Source of the DNA: an uncultured Candidatus Saccharibacteria bacterium
GTDB lineage: Bacteria > Patescibacteriota > Minisyncoccia > Phycocordibacterales > PALSA-1337
Length of the DNA stretch: 55,277 nucleotides
Direction: 5' to 3'
NCBI GenBank assembly: GCA_964542675.1
Contig: CAZIUH010000003.1
Location: forward strand, 8,932-64,208
The notes beneath the pieces were generated by a model. It saw only the letters and a program-made list of their open reading frames with translations. It searched no databases and was not told where the DNA came from. Positions 46,669-55,277 of this stretch are shown here, piece by piece (position 1 is the first letter of the stretch; each line of letters opens with the position of its first letter). The position numbers and the translations under genes are program-made.

Positions 46669-47274
46669 ATGAAAAAGAATACACATTTCATGTTGTCAGT
46701 CGCGTTGGCTGTTATATGTTTTATGGGTGTTAGCAATGTGAATGCTCAATATTACGACTATTCCGGCTATTCAGATTATTCCGGCTATTCAAGTTACTAC
46801 GACTATGGATCCTATAGCGGCTATGATTATTATGATTACGGCTCGTACGGAAGCTATGACTACTACGATTCATATAATTATGGCTCGTATGACTATTATG
46901 ATACATATTCTCCGACATATTATTCTTCGTACTCTTCATATTATCCGAGTTATGATTATGTTTCATATTCCTCATACTATCCTTCATATACTTCATACAA
47001 TTATTCCAACTACTTTGTGCCAAATTATAATGTCGGCGGCTACTATGGATATAATTATCGATCATATAGCTCCGCGCCGGCATACGGTATTTACGCCAAA
47101 AATGTAGTACCAGAACGCGCTCCATATAGTTACAATTCATGTAACTCTGGTTGTGGATCATACGGTTATGATGATTATCGTGATGGAAATAATAACCGCG
47201 GATATGATTACGGTGGCGGGAATAATAGAAATAATCAGAATGGTAATTATAATTATGGAGGGGGACACAGATAA
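46669..47274 (+). CDS. secreted Tyr/Ser/Gly/Asn-rich low-complexity protein
   Basis: Signal peptide ending VNA-Q, followed by YSGYSD/YYDYGSY-type repeats. Confidence 0.75.
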   Translation: MKKNTHFMLSVALAVICFMGVSNVNAQYYDYSGYSDYSGYSSYYDYGSYSGYDYYDYGSYGSYDYYDSYNYGSYDYYDTYSPTYYSSYSSYYPSYDYVSYSSYYPSYTSYNYSNYFVPNYNVGGYYGYNYRSYSSAPAYGIYAKNVVPERAPYSYNSCNSGCGSYGYDDYRDGNNNRGYDYGGGNNRNNQNGNYNYGGGHR

Positions 47275-47302
47275 TATTTTTCAATTAGTGTAAAATGTGT
47301 GC

Positions 47303-49852
47303 ATGGCCAAGAACCATACCGGTAAAAAGAAAAGACTAATACTGTTGGACGCGCACGCTATCTTGCATCGCGCATATCATGCTTTGCCGGATTTTTCTAC
47401 AAAAAATGGTGAGCCGACAGGCGCGCTTTATGGTCTTTCGGCTATGCTCATAAAAATCATTGAGGATTTGAAACCCGATTATATTATCGCTTGTTATGAT
47501 GTAAAGGGTCCGACATATCGGCATGAAGCGTACAAAGAATACAAAGCGGGACGTAAAGCCGCCGAAGACGATCTTATCGCGCAGATGAAAAGTTCGCGGA
47601 GGATTTTCGAGGCGCTCAATATTCCAATTTATGATAAACAAGGGTTTGAAGCTGATGATGTTATAGGTACGATTGTAGAAAATCTGAAGGATGATAAATC
47701 CGTGGAAACAATAATAGCTTCAGGCGATATGGACACCATGCAACTCATTCGTGGCGACGATGTGAAAGTCTATACTCTGAAAAAGGGAATAAACGATACG
47801 ATAATGTATAACGAGAAGGCGGTCCGTGATCGTTTCGGTTTCGGGCCGGAACTCATCGCGGATTATAAAGGTTTGCGTGGTGATCCTTCGGATAATATTC
47901 CAGGCATCAAAGGAATCGGCGAGAAGACGGCGACGATTCTGATTTCAAGTTTCGGTACCATAGAAAACGTATACCATGAATTGGAATCCGGTCACGGAAA
48001 GGGTGGAGACGTGAAATTCGAAAAGGCCGGAATAAGCCCGCGTCTCATTCAGGTTCTGAAAGATAATAAAGAAGAAGCGGAATTCAGTAAAACTCTAGCG
48101 ACAATTCGAAAGGATGTGCCGATTGATTTCGTTTTGCCGGAGAAAACATTCAAGGAAAACTTCGATGTGAAGAAGATCGATGAATTGTGGCGTGAATTGG
48201 AGTTCCGGACATTGCCGCAGAGGTTGGAGAAGGTTATCGGAGTTTCGAACAGTTCGGCGAATGGAAGCATCGCGCCTGCAGGTCTTGCAAACACAGTTTC
48301 TGTGGACACGCCGTCGACGTCATTCGCCACAAACGAAACCATGGCAAACGACGTCGCGTCTGGTTCTCGCCTCCGTCCTGGTGGGGAAATGCAAGGGGAT
48401 TTACTCGACGAAGGCTCCGAAGCGTCCACAGAAACCGTGTTTGCAAGACCTGCAGAGCGTGAAGAATTCGAAAAAGTCGCTATTGCGCGTTGGATCATAG
48501 ATTCCAATATTACAAATCCGCAAATGAAGGATATTTTGCGTTTTGCCGATACGAAAGATTTCGAAGTTGCCAAGAAAGCTGTTTTCGAAGAATTGAACAA
48601 GAAAGATTTGCGGAAAGTTTATGAAAAAATAGAACTGCCTCTCATTCCCGTCGTTTATAAGATGGATAAAAAAGGAATCAAAATAGATAGAAATTTTCTG
48701 AAGAAATTATCGAAAGAATATCATTCGGTCATTGAAAGTTTGGAAAAGAAAATATGGAATGAAGCTAGCGGAGAATTCAATATCAATTCGCCGAAACAAT
48801 TGGGCGAATTTCTCTTTGACAAGCTCGGACTCAAGGTGAAGAATCAGAAGAAAACGGCGGGCGGGGCGCGTTCAACGAAAGAATCGGAATTGGAAAAAAT
48901 GCGCGACATGCATCCGGTTATCCCTATGATTTTCGAATACCGCGAATTGGCGAAACTGCTTGGTACCTATATTGACGCGATTCCGCCCTTACTAGATTCA
49001 AACGATCGGCTTCATACGCATTTTCTCCAAGCTGGCACGACGACTGGCAGAATGGCTTCACAGGAACCGAATTTACAGAATATTCCGGTGAAATCAGAAC
49101 TGGGTCGGGCGATTCGAAAAGCGTTTATTGCCGACAAAGGATTCAAGCTTGCCGCTTTGGATTATTCACAAATTGAATTACGCATTGCCGCCTTTTTGTC
49201 CGGTGATGAAAAGATGATAGATATTTTCCGGAAAGGAGAAGATGTGCATACTTCGGTGGCTTCATTCGTCTTCAATGTCTCTTTGAAAGACGTGACTCCG
49301 GAAATGCGCCGTCAGGCAAAAGTGATAAATTTCGGAATAATTTACGGCATGGGTGTTCTGGCTTTGAAACAAAATCTTGGTTCGACCCGCGAAGACGCGC
49401 AGAAATTCTTGAATGATTATTTCAATACTTTTTCAACTCTGGCGCGGTACTTGAATGACGTGAAGGCGGAAACGGCCAAGAAAGGGTATACGGAAACATT
49501 ATTTGGGCGCAGGCGATACTTTGAGGGGATTAATTCCCATATTCCATATATCAAAGCGCAGGCGGAAAGAATGGCGATCAATGCACCTATCCAAGGGACG
49601 GAAGCGGATATTATCAAGCTGGCTATGATCCGTATCGATGAATACTTGAAGAATACCAAGCTCGAAGATATTGCATTTCCTCTATTACAAGTGCATGATG
49701 AATTGGTTCTGGAAATTCAGGAGGACCGGGCTGAGGAAATCGCGCGTGAGATCAAGAAAATTATGGAAAGTGTCGTTGATACAAAAGAGACAAAAGGAAT
49801 TGTTTTGACAGCGCAGATACATATCGGCGATAATTGGGGAGAATTGAAATAA
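47303..49852 (+). CDS. polA: DNA polymerase I
   Basis: 5'-3' exonuclease (HRAYHA, EADD, GDPSDNIPG), polymerase motifs DYSQIELR, KVINFGIIYG, QVHDEL; 3'-5' exonuclease region short and degenerate. Confidence 0.96.
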   Translation: MAKNHTGKKKRLILLDAHAILHRAYHALPDFSTKNGEPTGALYGLSAMLIKIIEDLKPDYIIACYDVKGPTYRHEAYKEYKAGRKAAEDDLIAQMKSSRRIFEALNIPIYDKQGFEADDVIGTIVENLKDDKSVETIIASGDMDTMQLIRGDDVKVYTLKKGINDTIMYNEKAVRDRFGFGPELIADYKGLRGDPSDNIPGIKGIGEKTATILISSFGTIENVYHELESGHGKGGDVKFEKAGISPRLIQVLKDNKEEAEFSKTLATIRKDVPIDFVLPEKTFKENFDVKKIDELWRELEFRTLPQRLEKVIGVSNSSANGSIAPAGLANTVSVDTPSTSFATNETMANDVASGSRLRPGGEMQGDLLDEGSEASTETVFARPAEREEFEKVAIARWIIDSNITNPQMKDILRFADTKDFEVAKKAVFEELNKKDLRKVYEKIELPLIPVVYKMDKKGIKIDRNFLKKLSKEYHSVIESLEKKIWNEASGEFNINSPKQLGEFLFDKLGLKVKNQKKTAGGARSTKESELEKMRDMHPVIPMIFEYRELAKLLGTYIDAIPPLLDSNDRLHTHFLQAGTTTGRMASQEPNLQNIPVKSELGRAIRKAFIADKGFKLAALDYSQIELRIAAFLSGDEKMIDIFRKGEDVHTSVASFVFNVSLKDVTPEMRRQAKVINFGIIYGMGVLALKQNLGSTREDAQKFLNDYFNTFSTLARYLNDVKAETAKKGYTETLFGRRRYFEGINSHIPYIKAQAERMAINAPIQGTEADIIKLAMIRIDEYLKNTKLEDIAFPLLQVHDELVLEIQEDRAEEIAREIKKIMESVVDTKETKGIVLTAQIHIGDNWGELK
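48276..48455 (-). mobile_element. 180-bp in-frame palindromic insertion within polA
   Basis: 32-bp arms ctgcaggtcttgcaaacac(a/g)gtttctgtggac at 48276-48307 and 48424-48455; inner hairpin cgacgtc..gcca/tggc..gacgtcg. Confidence 0.75.
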
Positions 49853-49866
49853 TTCTCGAACGCAGT

Positions 49867-50028
49867 TCGCCCGCAAACAAAGACAATATTATTTTTTGGA
49901 AGACTACGGAACTGTTCCTATAGTTTATTATGAAAGTTTGGTTAGATTGTTATACAGAATCCTGAGACAGAGTGATGAATCGCAGTCCTCGTCTTCCAAA
50001 AAATAATATTGTCTTTGTTTGCGGGCGA
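49867..50028 (-). repeat. palindromic element family 1, copy C
   Basis: Perfect 38-bp arms tcgcccgcaaacaaagacaatattattttttggaagac; core 49905-49990 reads GAGGACTGCGATT...ATAGGAACAGTTCCGTA on the minus strand. Confidence 0.9.
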
Positions 50029-50047
50029 TAGGATGTATAATGGAAAA

Positions 50048-50560
50048 ATGAAATCAATCATTTCACATTCATTGGAAGAAACAAAAAAAATCGCCGAAAA
50101 ATGGTTGGTGGAGATTTCAGTTAGCGCAGATTCTTCAAATCTGAATGTTTCTCTCGAGTCAGGTAATTCCAACGGTAAGTTTTCCAAAGGTGCGGCTGTT
50201 GTTGGTTTGTGTGGACCTTTGGGTTCGGGTAAAACCGCTTTTGTTCAGGCGGTTGCAGAGGTGCTTGGCGTGAAGGAACAAGTTACAAGCCCGACTTATG
50301 TGCTTATGAAATTGTATGGGGTCGATTCGAAATCAAAAATCGGACATTTACCATGGAACCGATTGGTACATATCGATGCATATAGATTGGAAAAGGCGGA
50401 GGAAGTCGGTGCACTCAATTTCGAATCTATCGTCTCCGATTCACGCAATTTGATTCTTATTGAATGGGCTGACAATATTAAAGACGCTTTGCCGCCTGAT
50501 TGGAAAAAGATAGATTTCGAGACGGTGTCGGAGACAGAGAGAAGAATGAGTTTTTCTTAG
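50048..50560 (+). CDS. tsaE: tRNA threonylcarbamoyladenosine biosynthesis ATPase TsaE
   Basis: GPLGSGKTAF, VTSPTYVL, HIDAYRL, LIEWA. Confidence 0.93.
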   Translation: MKSIISHSLEETKKIAEKWLVEISVSADSSNLNVSLESGNSNGKFSKGAAVVGLCGPLGSGKTAFVQAVAEVLGVKEQVTSPTYVLMKLYGVDSKSKIGHLPWNRLVHIDAYRLEKAEEVGALNFESIVSDSRNLILIEWADNIKDALPPDWKKIDFETVSETERRMSFS

Positions 50561-50616
50561 AAAGATCCAAAAAGGAAAAGTATGAATTTTTTTGAGACTT
50601 GCGCTACAATACGGCA

Positions 50617-51357
50617 ATGCTATATGTATATCACGGATCTGATATTCAAAAAGGACTGGAGAAATCACACAGTCTGGTAAATTCATTGCGTGCGAAAAAA
50701 CCAAATGCGATTTTTGTCGCTATAGACGCGGATCATTTCACCTCGTCGGTTATTGAGGAACATCTGGGCGGTCAGGGATTATTTTCCAATAAGTACATCA
50801 TTCTTCTGGATCGTGTAACGGAAAACAAGGATGTCAAAGATATTTTACCTGATTACATTCCGGCAATGAAAGAATCCACGAATATTTTCATTGTCCATGA
50901 AGGCAAACTAAATGCGGAACTTGCGAGATTATTCCAGAAATATGCCGAGAAAGTTATTCTCTGCGAAGAAGTGAGTAGTGACGGTTCTTTTAATAAGAAA
51001 GATTTCAGTGTATTCGCACTCGGTGACGCGCTGGCGTCTCGAGAACCATTCAAGGCTTGGATTCTATATAGACAGGCGGTGGATAAAGGGATAGGAAGCG
51101 AAAGTATTCTCGGCACATTATTTTGGCAAATGAAGTCGGTTAAAGTTGTGTCGCAAGTCGAGACTGCGAGAGAAGCCGGGCTCAATCCTTTTGTCTTCGG
51201 GAATTGCCGACGGTTCGCGCGGAACTTCTCGGAAAAGGAATTGAATGGCTATATTTCCGACTTGATCACCCTATACCACGATGGTCACCGAGGGCTCGCG
51301 GATATCGAAATCGGGTTGGAAAAGCTTGTCCTCAATTGCGGAAAACCTAAATTGTGA
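50617..51357 (+). CDS. holA: DNA polymerase III delta subunit-like
   Basis: LYVYHG, GLFSNKYIILL, VFALGDAL, GLNPFV pattern. Confidence 0.7.
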   Translation: MLYVYHGSDIQKGLEKSHSLVNSLRAKKPNAIFVAIDADHFTSSVIEEHLGGQGLFSNKYIILLDRVTENKDVKDILPDYIPAMKESTNIFIVHEGKLNAELARLFQKYAEKVILCEEVSSDGSFNKKDFSVFALGDALASREPFKAWILYRQAVDKGIGSESILGTLFWQMKSVKVVSQVETAREAGLNPFVFGNCRRFARNFSEKELNGYISDLITLYHDGHRGLADIEIGLEKLVLNCGKPKL

Positions 51358-51429
51358 TAATCTGTCAATGCATGGGGAATAGTCGTTTGTGATGAAAAGT
51401 GAACAGTATCTGTAAACGGGAAAATAAAT

Positions 51430-51503
51430 GCGCCCATAGCTCAGCCCGGTAGAGCACCTGCCTTTTAAGCAGAGGGTCGTTGGTTCGAATCCAACTGGGC
51501 GCA
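51430..51503 (+). tRNA. tRNA-Lys(TTT), CCA not encoded
   Basis: GCGCCCATAGCTCAGCCCGGTAGAGCACCTGCCTTTTAAGCAGAGGGTCGTTGGTTCGAATCCAACTGGGCGCA folds as a cloverleaf. Confidence 0.95.
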
Positions 51504-51599
51504 CAGAAATATTGAAAACGATATAATATCAAAACTAGACGGAAAGAGTTAAACTATTAGTAAATTGTCGGAGTTTACGAATAATAAATATTCAATAAC

Positions 51600-51914
51600 A
51601 TGCCATCAGAAGAAACGATTAAACCAACGCCGGAAAATAAGACCGGAGACGAGATCGAAAACGAAGGAAAATTCGGCAGTAATGAAAAAATAGAAAAAGA
51701 ATTGACCCCGGAAAATGTTCAATACTATATCGAGCAGGGCAAGCCGATTGATGTGAAAGTGAAGGGTTCGACAGGGGAAAATGAAGAGGGTTGGTTTGTG
51801 TCAAAAGTTGATTTGGCTGCTGGATTGGCACGAGTATTTAGACCAGGTGAAAATGGTGAAAAACCACAAGAGAAAAAAGTGCCACTAGAAGACTTGGAAA
51901 AGTGGAACGAATAA
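51600..51914 (+). CDS. hypothetical protein
   Basis: 104-aa acidic ORF, VKVKGSTGENEEGW...KKVPLEDLEKWN. Confidence 0.7.
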   Translation: MPSEETIKPTPENKTGDEIENEGKFGSNEKIEKELTPENVQYYIEQGKPIDVKVKGSTGENEEGWFVSKVDLAAGLARVFRPGENGEKPQEKKVPLEDLEKWNE

Positions 51915-51943
51915 TCAACCGGTGATATCGGTTTACAAATATT

Positions 51944-52312
51944 TTACAATGGCATATCAAATGCCATTTTCCCCGCGCCTGTCGCCATGAGAGAAATTGC
52001 CATGACAAGAAGGAGAACATAATAATTCACACCATCTGTGAATAGTTCTTTGTTCTTTGCTTTGAGAACGAGTTGGACTATAAGAACAATCGCGATAATG
52101 AGTGCGGCAAGTTGGGTATAAAGACCGATCAAAATGAAAATTGCGACAAGAATCTGAGCAAAACCGTAAAGCATGTTATTCATACCAGAATTTTTGTTGC
52201 GTCCAACCAGTCTTCGATACCCGAAATAAACTATGGTAATACCGAGGACAAGACGAATGATCAAGGGAGAGAATTCCTGATATGATAAAAGGGATGGGAA
52301 TAATGAAAGCAT
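51944..52312 (-). CDS. DoxX family membrane protein
   Basis: LIIRLVLG, LIGLYTQLAAL, TGAGKMAFD. Confidence 0.8.
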   Translation of the reverse strand: MLSLFPSLLSYQEFSPLIIRLVLGITIVYFGYRRLVGRNKNSGMNNMLYGFAQILVAIFILIGLYTQLAALIIAIVLIVQLVLKAKNKELFTDGVNYYVLLLVMAISLMATGAGKMAFDMPL

Positions 52313-52345
52313 GGTTGTTATATTATATGTTAATGTGGGTATTAT

Positions 52346-52828
52346 ATGATAAAACGAATAACATATCTAATCCTTGACAATATTCGCAGTGTCTATAATA
52401 CCGGATCTGTATTTCGCACGGCGGAGACGCTTGGTATTTCCAAGATTTTTTGTGTTGGGACAACGCCCACGCCGATCGATAGATTCGGTCGTAAAAGAAG
52501 CGATTTTGCCAAAGTTGCTCTGGGCGCGGAAAATTCAATCTCCTGGGAACATATTGATAACGCGCGCGGGCTTATTGAACAACTAAAGAAGGAAGGATTT
52601 GAAATAGTCGCATTGGAACAGGCTGAAAGATCGGTTGATTACAAAACAATCAAAAAAGGTCGAGGGAATAAAATGGCAATAATTCTCGGTAATGAAATTG
52701 AAGGCGTTTCAAAATCACTTCTGAAAATGGCAAATATTATTGCGGTGATCCCAATGAAAGGGAAGAAAGAGTCCTTGAATGTTTCTGTTGCCGCGGGGGT
52801 TTTTCTTTATCGATTGCTGGATAATTAG
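52346..52828 (+). CDS. TrmH/SpoU RNA methyltransferase
   Basis: LDNIRSVYNTGSVFRTAE, LGNEIEG, IPMKGKKESLNVSVAAG. Confidence 0.92.
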   Translation: MIKRITYLILDNIRSVYNTGSVFRTAETLGISKIFCVGTTPTPIDRFGRKRSDFAKVALGAENSISWEHIDNARGLIEQLKKEGFEIVALEQAERSVDYKTIKKGRGNKMAIILGNEIEGVSKSLLKMANIIAVIPMKGKKESLNVSVAAGVFLYRLLDN

Positions 52829-52854
52829 CTTATTAACAAATACATAAGTCGGGA

Positions 52855-53793
52855 TTATCTGCTCAACTTCTGATGTTTATCGCAGAAATGCGCGCTTCTC
52901 GCGCCGATAACTATTCGCGTAATAATGCCGCCACAGCCGCGTTTGGCGCATTTTGTTCCAGTTTTCTGATACGCATAGTGTTGTTCCTGGAATCCACCTT
53001 TTTCACCATGGATGTTACGGTAATCGGACATGGAATCTCCACCGAAATCGATCCCTCTTGAAAGTGTTTGTTTAATAGCTCTGAATAAAGCTTTCAATTT
53101 GGCGGTTGATATATTATGCACATGTTCAAGCGGATTGATATCCGCGCGCCAGAGCGATTCGTCGGCGTAAATATTCCCAATCCCGGCGATTATTTTTTGA
53201 TCCGTGATAACTTGTTTCACTTTTCCATTCAAGCGTAATAATAATCGTGTCTTGAACTTCTCATAAGTAAAAATCCTTTTTAACGGTTCTGGCCCAATAT
53301 TTTTCAAGTGTTCACTTTCATTCATTCGTCTTGAATCAACCAGGGTAACCTTGGCAAACTTCCTTAAATCAGAAAGCGCCAACCGTTTTCCGTTGGAAAA
53401 AGTCAGGACAAAATGAATATGCCTATTAAAAGGGTCTTTCAGCGATTCTGGTTTTATTGGTATCCAAATTCTCTCAAGGTTTTTCTCGTTTTTTGGGGGA
53501 GAATTAAACTTATATTCGCCGTAAAGTAAATGCCCGGTCATCTTCATATGAATCAAAATAATCTTATTGCCATTTAAATAAATGAGAATATTCTTCGCGC
53601 GGCGACTCACACTGATAATTTTTTTTCCGATAATTTCATTCTTGAAATATAAGAAATATTTTGGGTCCTTGATATTTCCGGAACCGGTGAAATACGCGCT
53701 ATTGTAATCCGACCAGATGTCGGAAATACGAAGCCCGACCACAGTGCGAGTGAGTCCATTCACGGTTGTTTGTACCTCAGGAAGTTCAGGCAT
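52855..53793 (-). CDS. mutM: formamidopyrimidine-DNA glycosylase Fpg
   Basis: MPELPEVQT, HMKMTG, AGIGNIYADESLW, C-terminal zinc finger. Confidence 0.95.
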   Translation of the reverse strand: MPELPEVQTTVNGLTRTVVGLRISDIWSDYNSAYFTGSGNIKDPKYFLYFKNEIIGKKIISVSRRAKNILIYLNGNKIILIHMKMTGHLLYGEYKFNSPPKNEKNLERIWIPIKPESLKDPFNRHIHFVLTFSNGKRLALSDLRKFAKVTLVDSRRMNESEHLKNIGPEPLKRIFTYEKFKTRLLLRLNGKVKQVITDQKIIAGIGNIYADESLWRADINPLEHVHNISTAKLKALFRAIKQTLSRGIDFGGDSMSDYRNIHGEKGGFQEQHYAYQKTGTKCAKRGCGGIITRIVIGARSAHFCDKHQKLSR

Positions 53794-53807
53794 GTTAGAA
53801 TATTACC

Positions 53808-55067
53808 ATGCGTTATTATCTTATTGTTCTTTCTCTTATCCTTTTGCTCGGTTTGCCGTGGTTTTCGGTCAATTATCCGGATCAGATGCAAAATCTAAAA
53901 CTGTCAATCGCTTATTTCGTAGATCAGATCGCCGCCGTTGTCATGCATAATCCGCGTACCATTGCTGGACTACAATCGAAATATAACGTGGCAACGTCGC
54001 GAAGGCAAGAAAAAATAAGAATACTGCTCGTGCCGGGACATGAGCCAAGTTACGGTGGCGCGGAATTTGGTTCTATCAAAGAGCGTGACTTGAATGTTGA
54101 ACTGGCGAATGATTTGGAGCAAATCCTCGCGAATAATAGCAAATATCAAGTCTTAGTGACGCGAAGCACGACAGCATGGTCTCCGGAGTTCTCGGATTAT
54201 TTCAGTAATTCATGGCAGAATATCATAGATTGGGTCAAAGTGTATCAACAGGAATCTCTGAAACTCATATCAGTCAACTCCACCAATGGAAAACCAAGGA
54301 TATATCATAACACGGCCCCGCGGAATGTTGCGCTACGCCTGTATGGCATCACGAAATGGTCGAATGAGCACAATATTGATATTGCCATTCATATTCACTT
54401 CAACGATAATCCGGGACATTCATCAAATACGCCCGGCAAGTATAGCGGTTTCACTATTTACGTGCCGGAAAAAAATTATATGAATAGCACAACGACGCAA
54501 GCGATCGCACAGACGGTTTATGAACGACTTTCGAAATACAATCCGATTAGTGATTTGCTCGGCGAATCAAGTGGCATCACGTATGAACCTGACTTGATAG
54601 CGATCGGCGCGAACAATACGGCCGATGCCGCAAGCATGCTTATTGAATACGGTTATATTTATGAATCTCAATTTACAAATCCGGCCTTACGAGACCTTAC
54701 TTTAAAAGATTTGGCGTTTCAAACATATCTGGGTTTGCAAGATTTCTTTGATCCGAGCAATGCCATAAGTTTGGCGAAGTCATATGACACATTAGTCTTG
54801 CCGCATGAATGGCGATCGTTGATTGACGTCAGAAGTAATTCTTCACGGGATGTTTTCGCTCTACAAACCGCATTTATTTCCGATGGATTGTATCCTCCGG
54901 TTCCAAAAGATTTGAATGATTGTCCGCGTACGGGCACATTGGGACCATGTACGAAAGCGGCGCTAAGTGAATTTCAGAAAAAGTACGGAATTACGGGTGA
55001 AAATGGAATAGTTGGTCCGAGAACTTTAGAGATTTTGAATCAAACATTCGGCGTTAGGGTGAACTAA
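53808..55067 (+). CDS. N-acetylmuramoyl-L-alanine amidase with C-terminal peptidoglycan-binding domain
   Basis: VPGH, KERDLN, IHIHFN, LIEYGY; GPCTKAALSEFQKKYGI...GIVGPRT. Confidence 0.85.
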   Translation: MRYYLIVLSLILLLGLPWFSVNYPDQMQNLKLSIAYFVDQIAAVVMHNPRTIAGLQSKYNVATSRRQEKIRILLVPGHEPSYGGAEFGSIKERDLNVELANDLEQILANNSKYQVLVTRSTTAWSPEFSDYFSNSWQNIIDWVKVYQQESLKLISVNSTNGKPRIYHNTAPRNVALRLYGITKWSNEHNIDIAIHIHFNDNPGHSSNTPGKYSGFTIYVPEKNYMNSTTTQAIAQTVYERLSKYNPISDLLGESSGITYEPDLIAIGANNTADAASMLIEYGYIYESQFTNPALRDLTLKDLAFQTYLGLQDFFDPSNAISLAKSYDTLVLPHEWRSLIDVRSNSSRDVFALQTAFISDGLYPPVPKDLNDCPRTGTLGPCTKAALSEFQKKYGITGENGIVGPRTLEILNQTFGVRVN

Positions 55068-55086
55068 AATCCGCTTATCCCAAGTA

Positions 55087-55143
55087 TTCGTAACAATCGC
55101 GCAGTCCTCGCTTTGAAAAATATGACTTCCTATTGGTCGCGGG
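55087..55143 (-). repeat. palindromic element family 1, partial copy D
   Basis: Reverse complement ...atttttcaaagc-GAGGACTGCGCGATTGTTACG; second half absent. Confidence 0.6.
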
Positions 55144-55277
55144 ACAAGACATCCAATTCTTCTCTTGCAACCTTGGCATCGTTCCAAGGTGTTTTCGTTC
55201 CATTCATGCCCATAATGTATGGGTCAGTGCCTTTGCCGGTTATGAGAACAGAATCGCCCGGTTTCGCGCACTCGCAT
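55130..55277 (-). CDS. murE: MurE ligase C-terminus (partial, runs off the window)
   Basis: Manual translation ...AKPGDSVLITGKGTDPYIMGMNGTKTPWNDAKVAREELDVLSRDQ*. Confidence 0.8.
   Translation of the reverse strand, partial: CECAKPGDSVLITGKGTDPYIMGMNGTKTPWNDAKVAREELDVLSRDQ

Noticed and set aside
46730-47284. 184-aa His/Asn-rich minus-strand ORF and 121-aa alternative-frame ORF
   Set aside because: By-products of the low-complexity Tyr-rich gene, which alone has a signal peptide.
48276-48455. Intein or self-splicing intron in polA
   Set aside because: No C/S-start or HN-C/S/T splice motifs, too short, and no group I/II core; a DNA palindrome explains it better.
48049-48600. 183-aa antisense ORF sharing peptides with PolA
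   Set aside because: The shared peptides are a direct consequence of the inverted repeat.
33436-50028. Family-1 palindromes as integron attC sites
   Set aside because: No RYYYAAC...GTTRRRY ends, and they follow core genes rather than cassette ORFs.
52312-52340. dif-like site (tatattatatgttaat)
   Set aside because: Only a partial XerD-arm resemblance in AT-rich DNA, no XerC arm, and close to the origin rather than the terminus.
1-55277. CRISPR array or cas genes
   Set aside because: No run of equal-length repeats with unique spacers; the repeats found are dispersed palindromes or a two-copy duplication; no cas-like ORF.

Overview
Chromosomal replication-origin region of a small-genome bacterium, most likely Patescibacteria/CPR (Parcubacteria-like; inferred from gene content, standard genetic code). 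It holds yidC-rnpA-rpmH<->dnaA-oriC-dnaN, many repair/recombination and RNA-metabolism genes (yraN, cca, xth, xerC/D, rpsO, pnp, comM, pcrA, rsmA, ruvC, yebC, ruvB, polA, tsaE, holA, mutM), four CCA-less tRNAs, a ~13 kb Patescibacteria-type T4SS-like cluster (VirB6-, PrgI-, VirB4- and pilin-like) with an MntA-HepT toxin-antitoxin pair inside it, a PilB ATPase and peptidoglycan enzymes. The most unusual signals are non-coding. (1) A dispersed family of ~160-bp elements has a conserved core of exactly 86 nt closed by 33-38-bp arms that differ between copies yet stay self-complementary (three full copies, one partial). (2) A second covarying hairpin family has two copies. (3) A 180-bp palindromic element sits in-frame inside polA. 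(4) Five parS-like sites are embedded in the cca coding sequence. (5) A promoter-driven ~190-nt 6S-like RNA lies divergent from ruvB. (6) A 134-bp-period repeat duplicates the tRNA-Pro 3' end. All calls come from reading the sequence by eye; no searches or folding programs were run.
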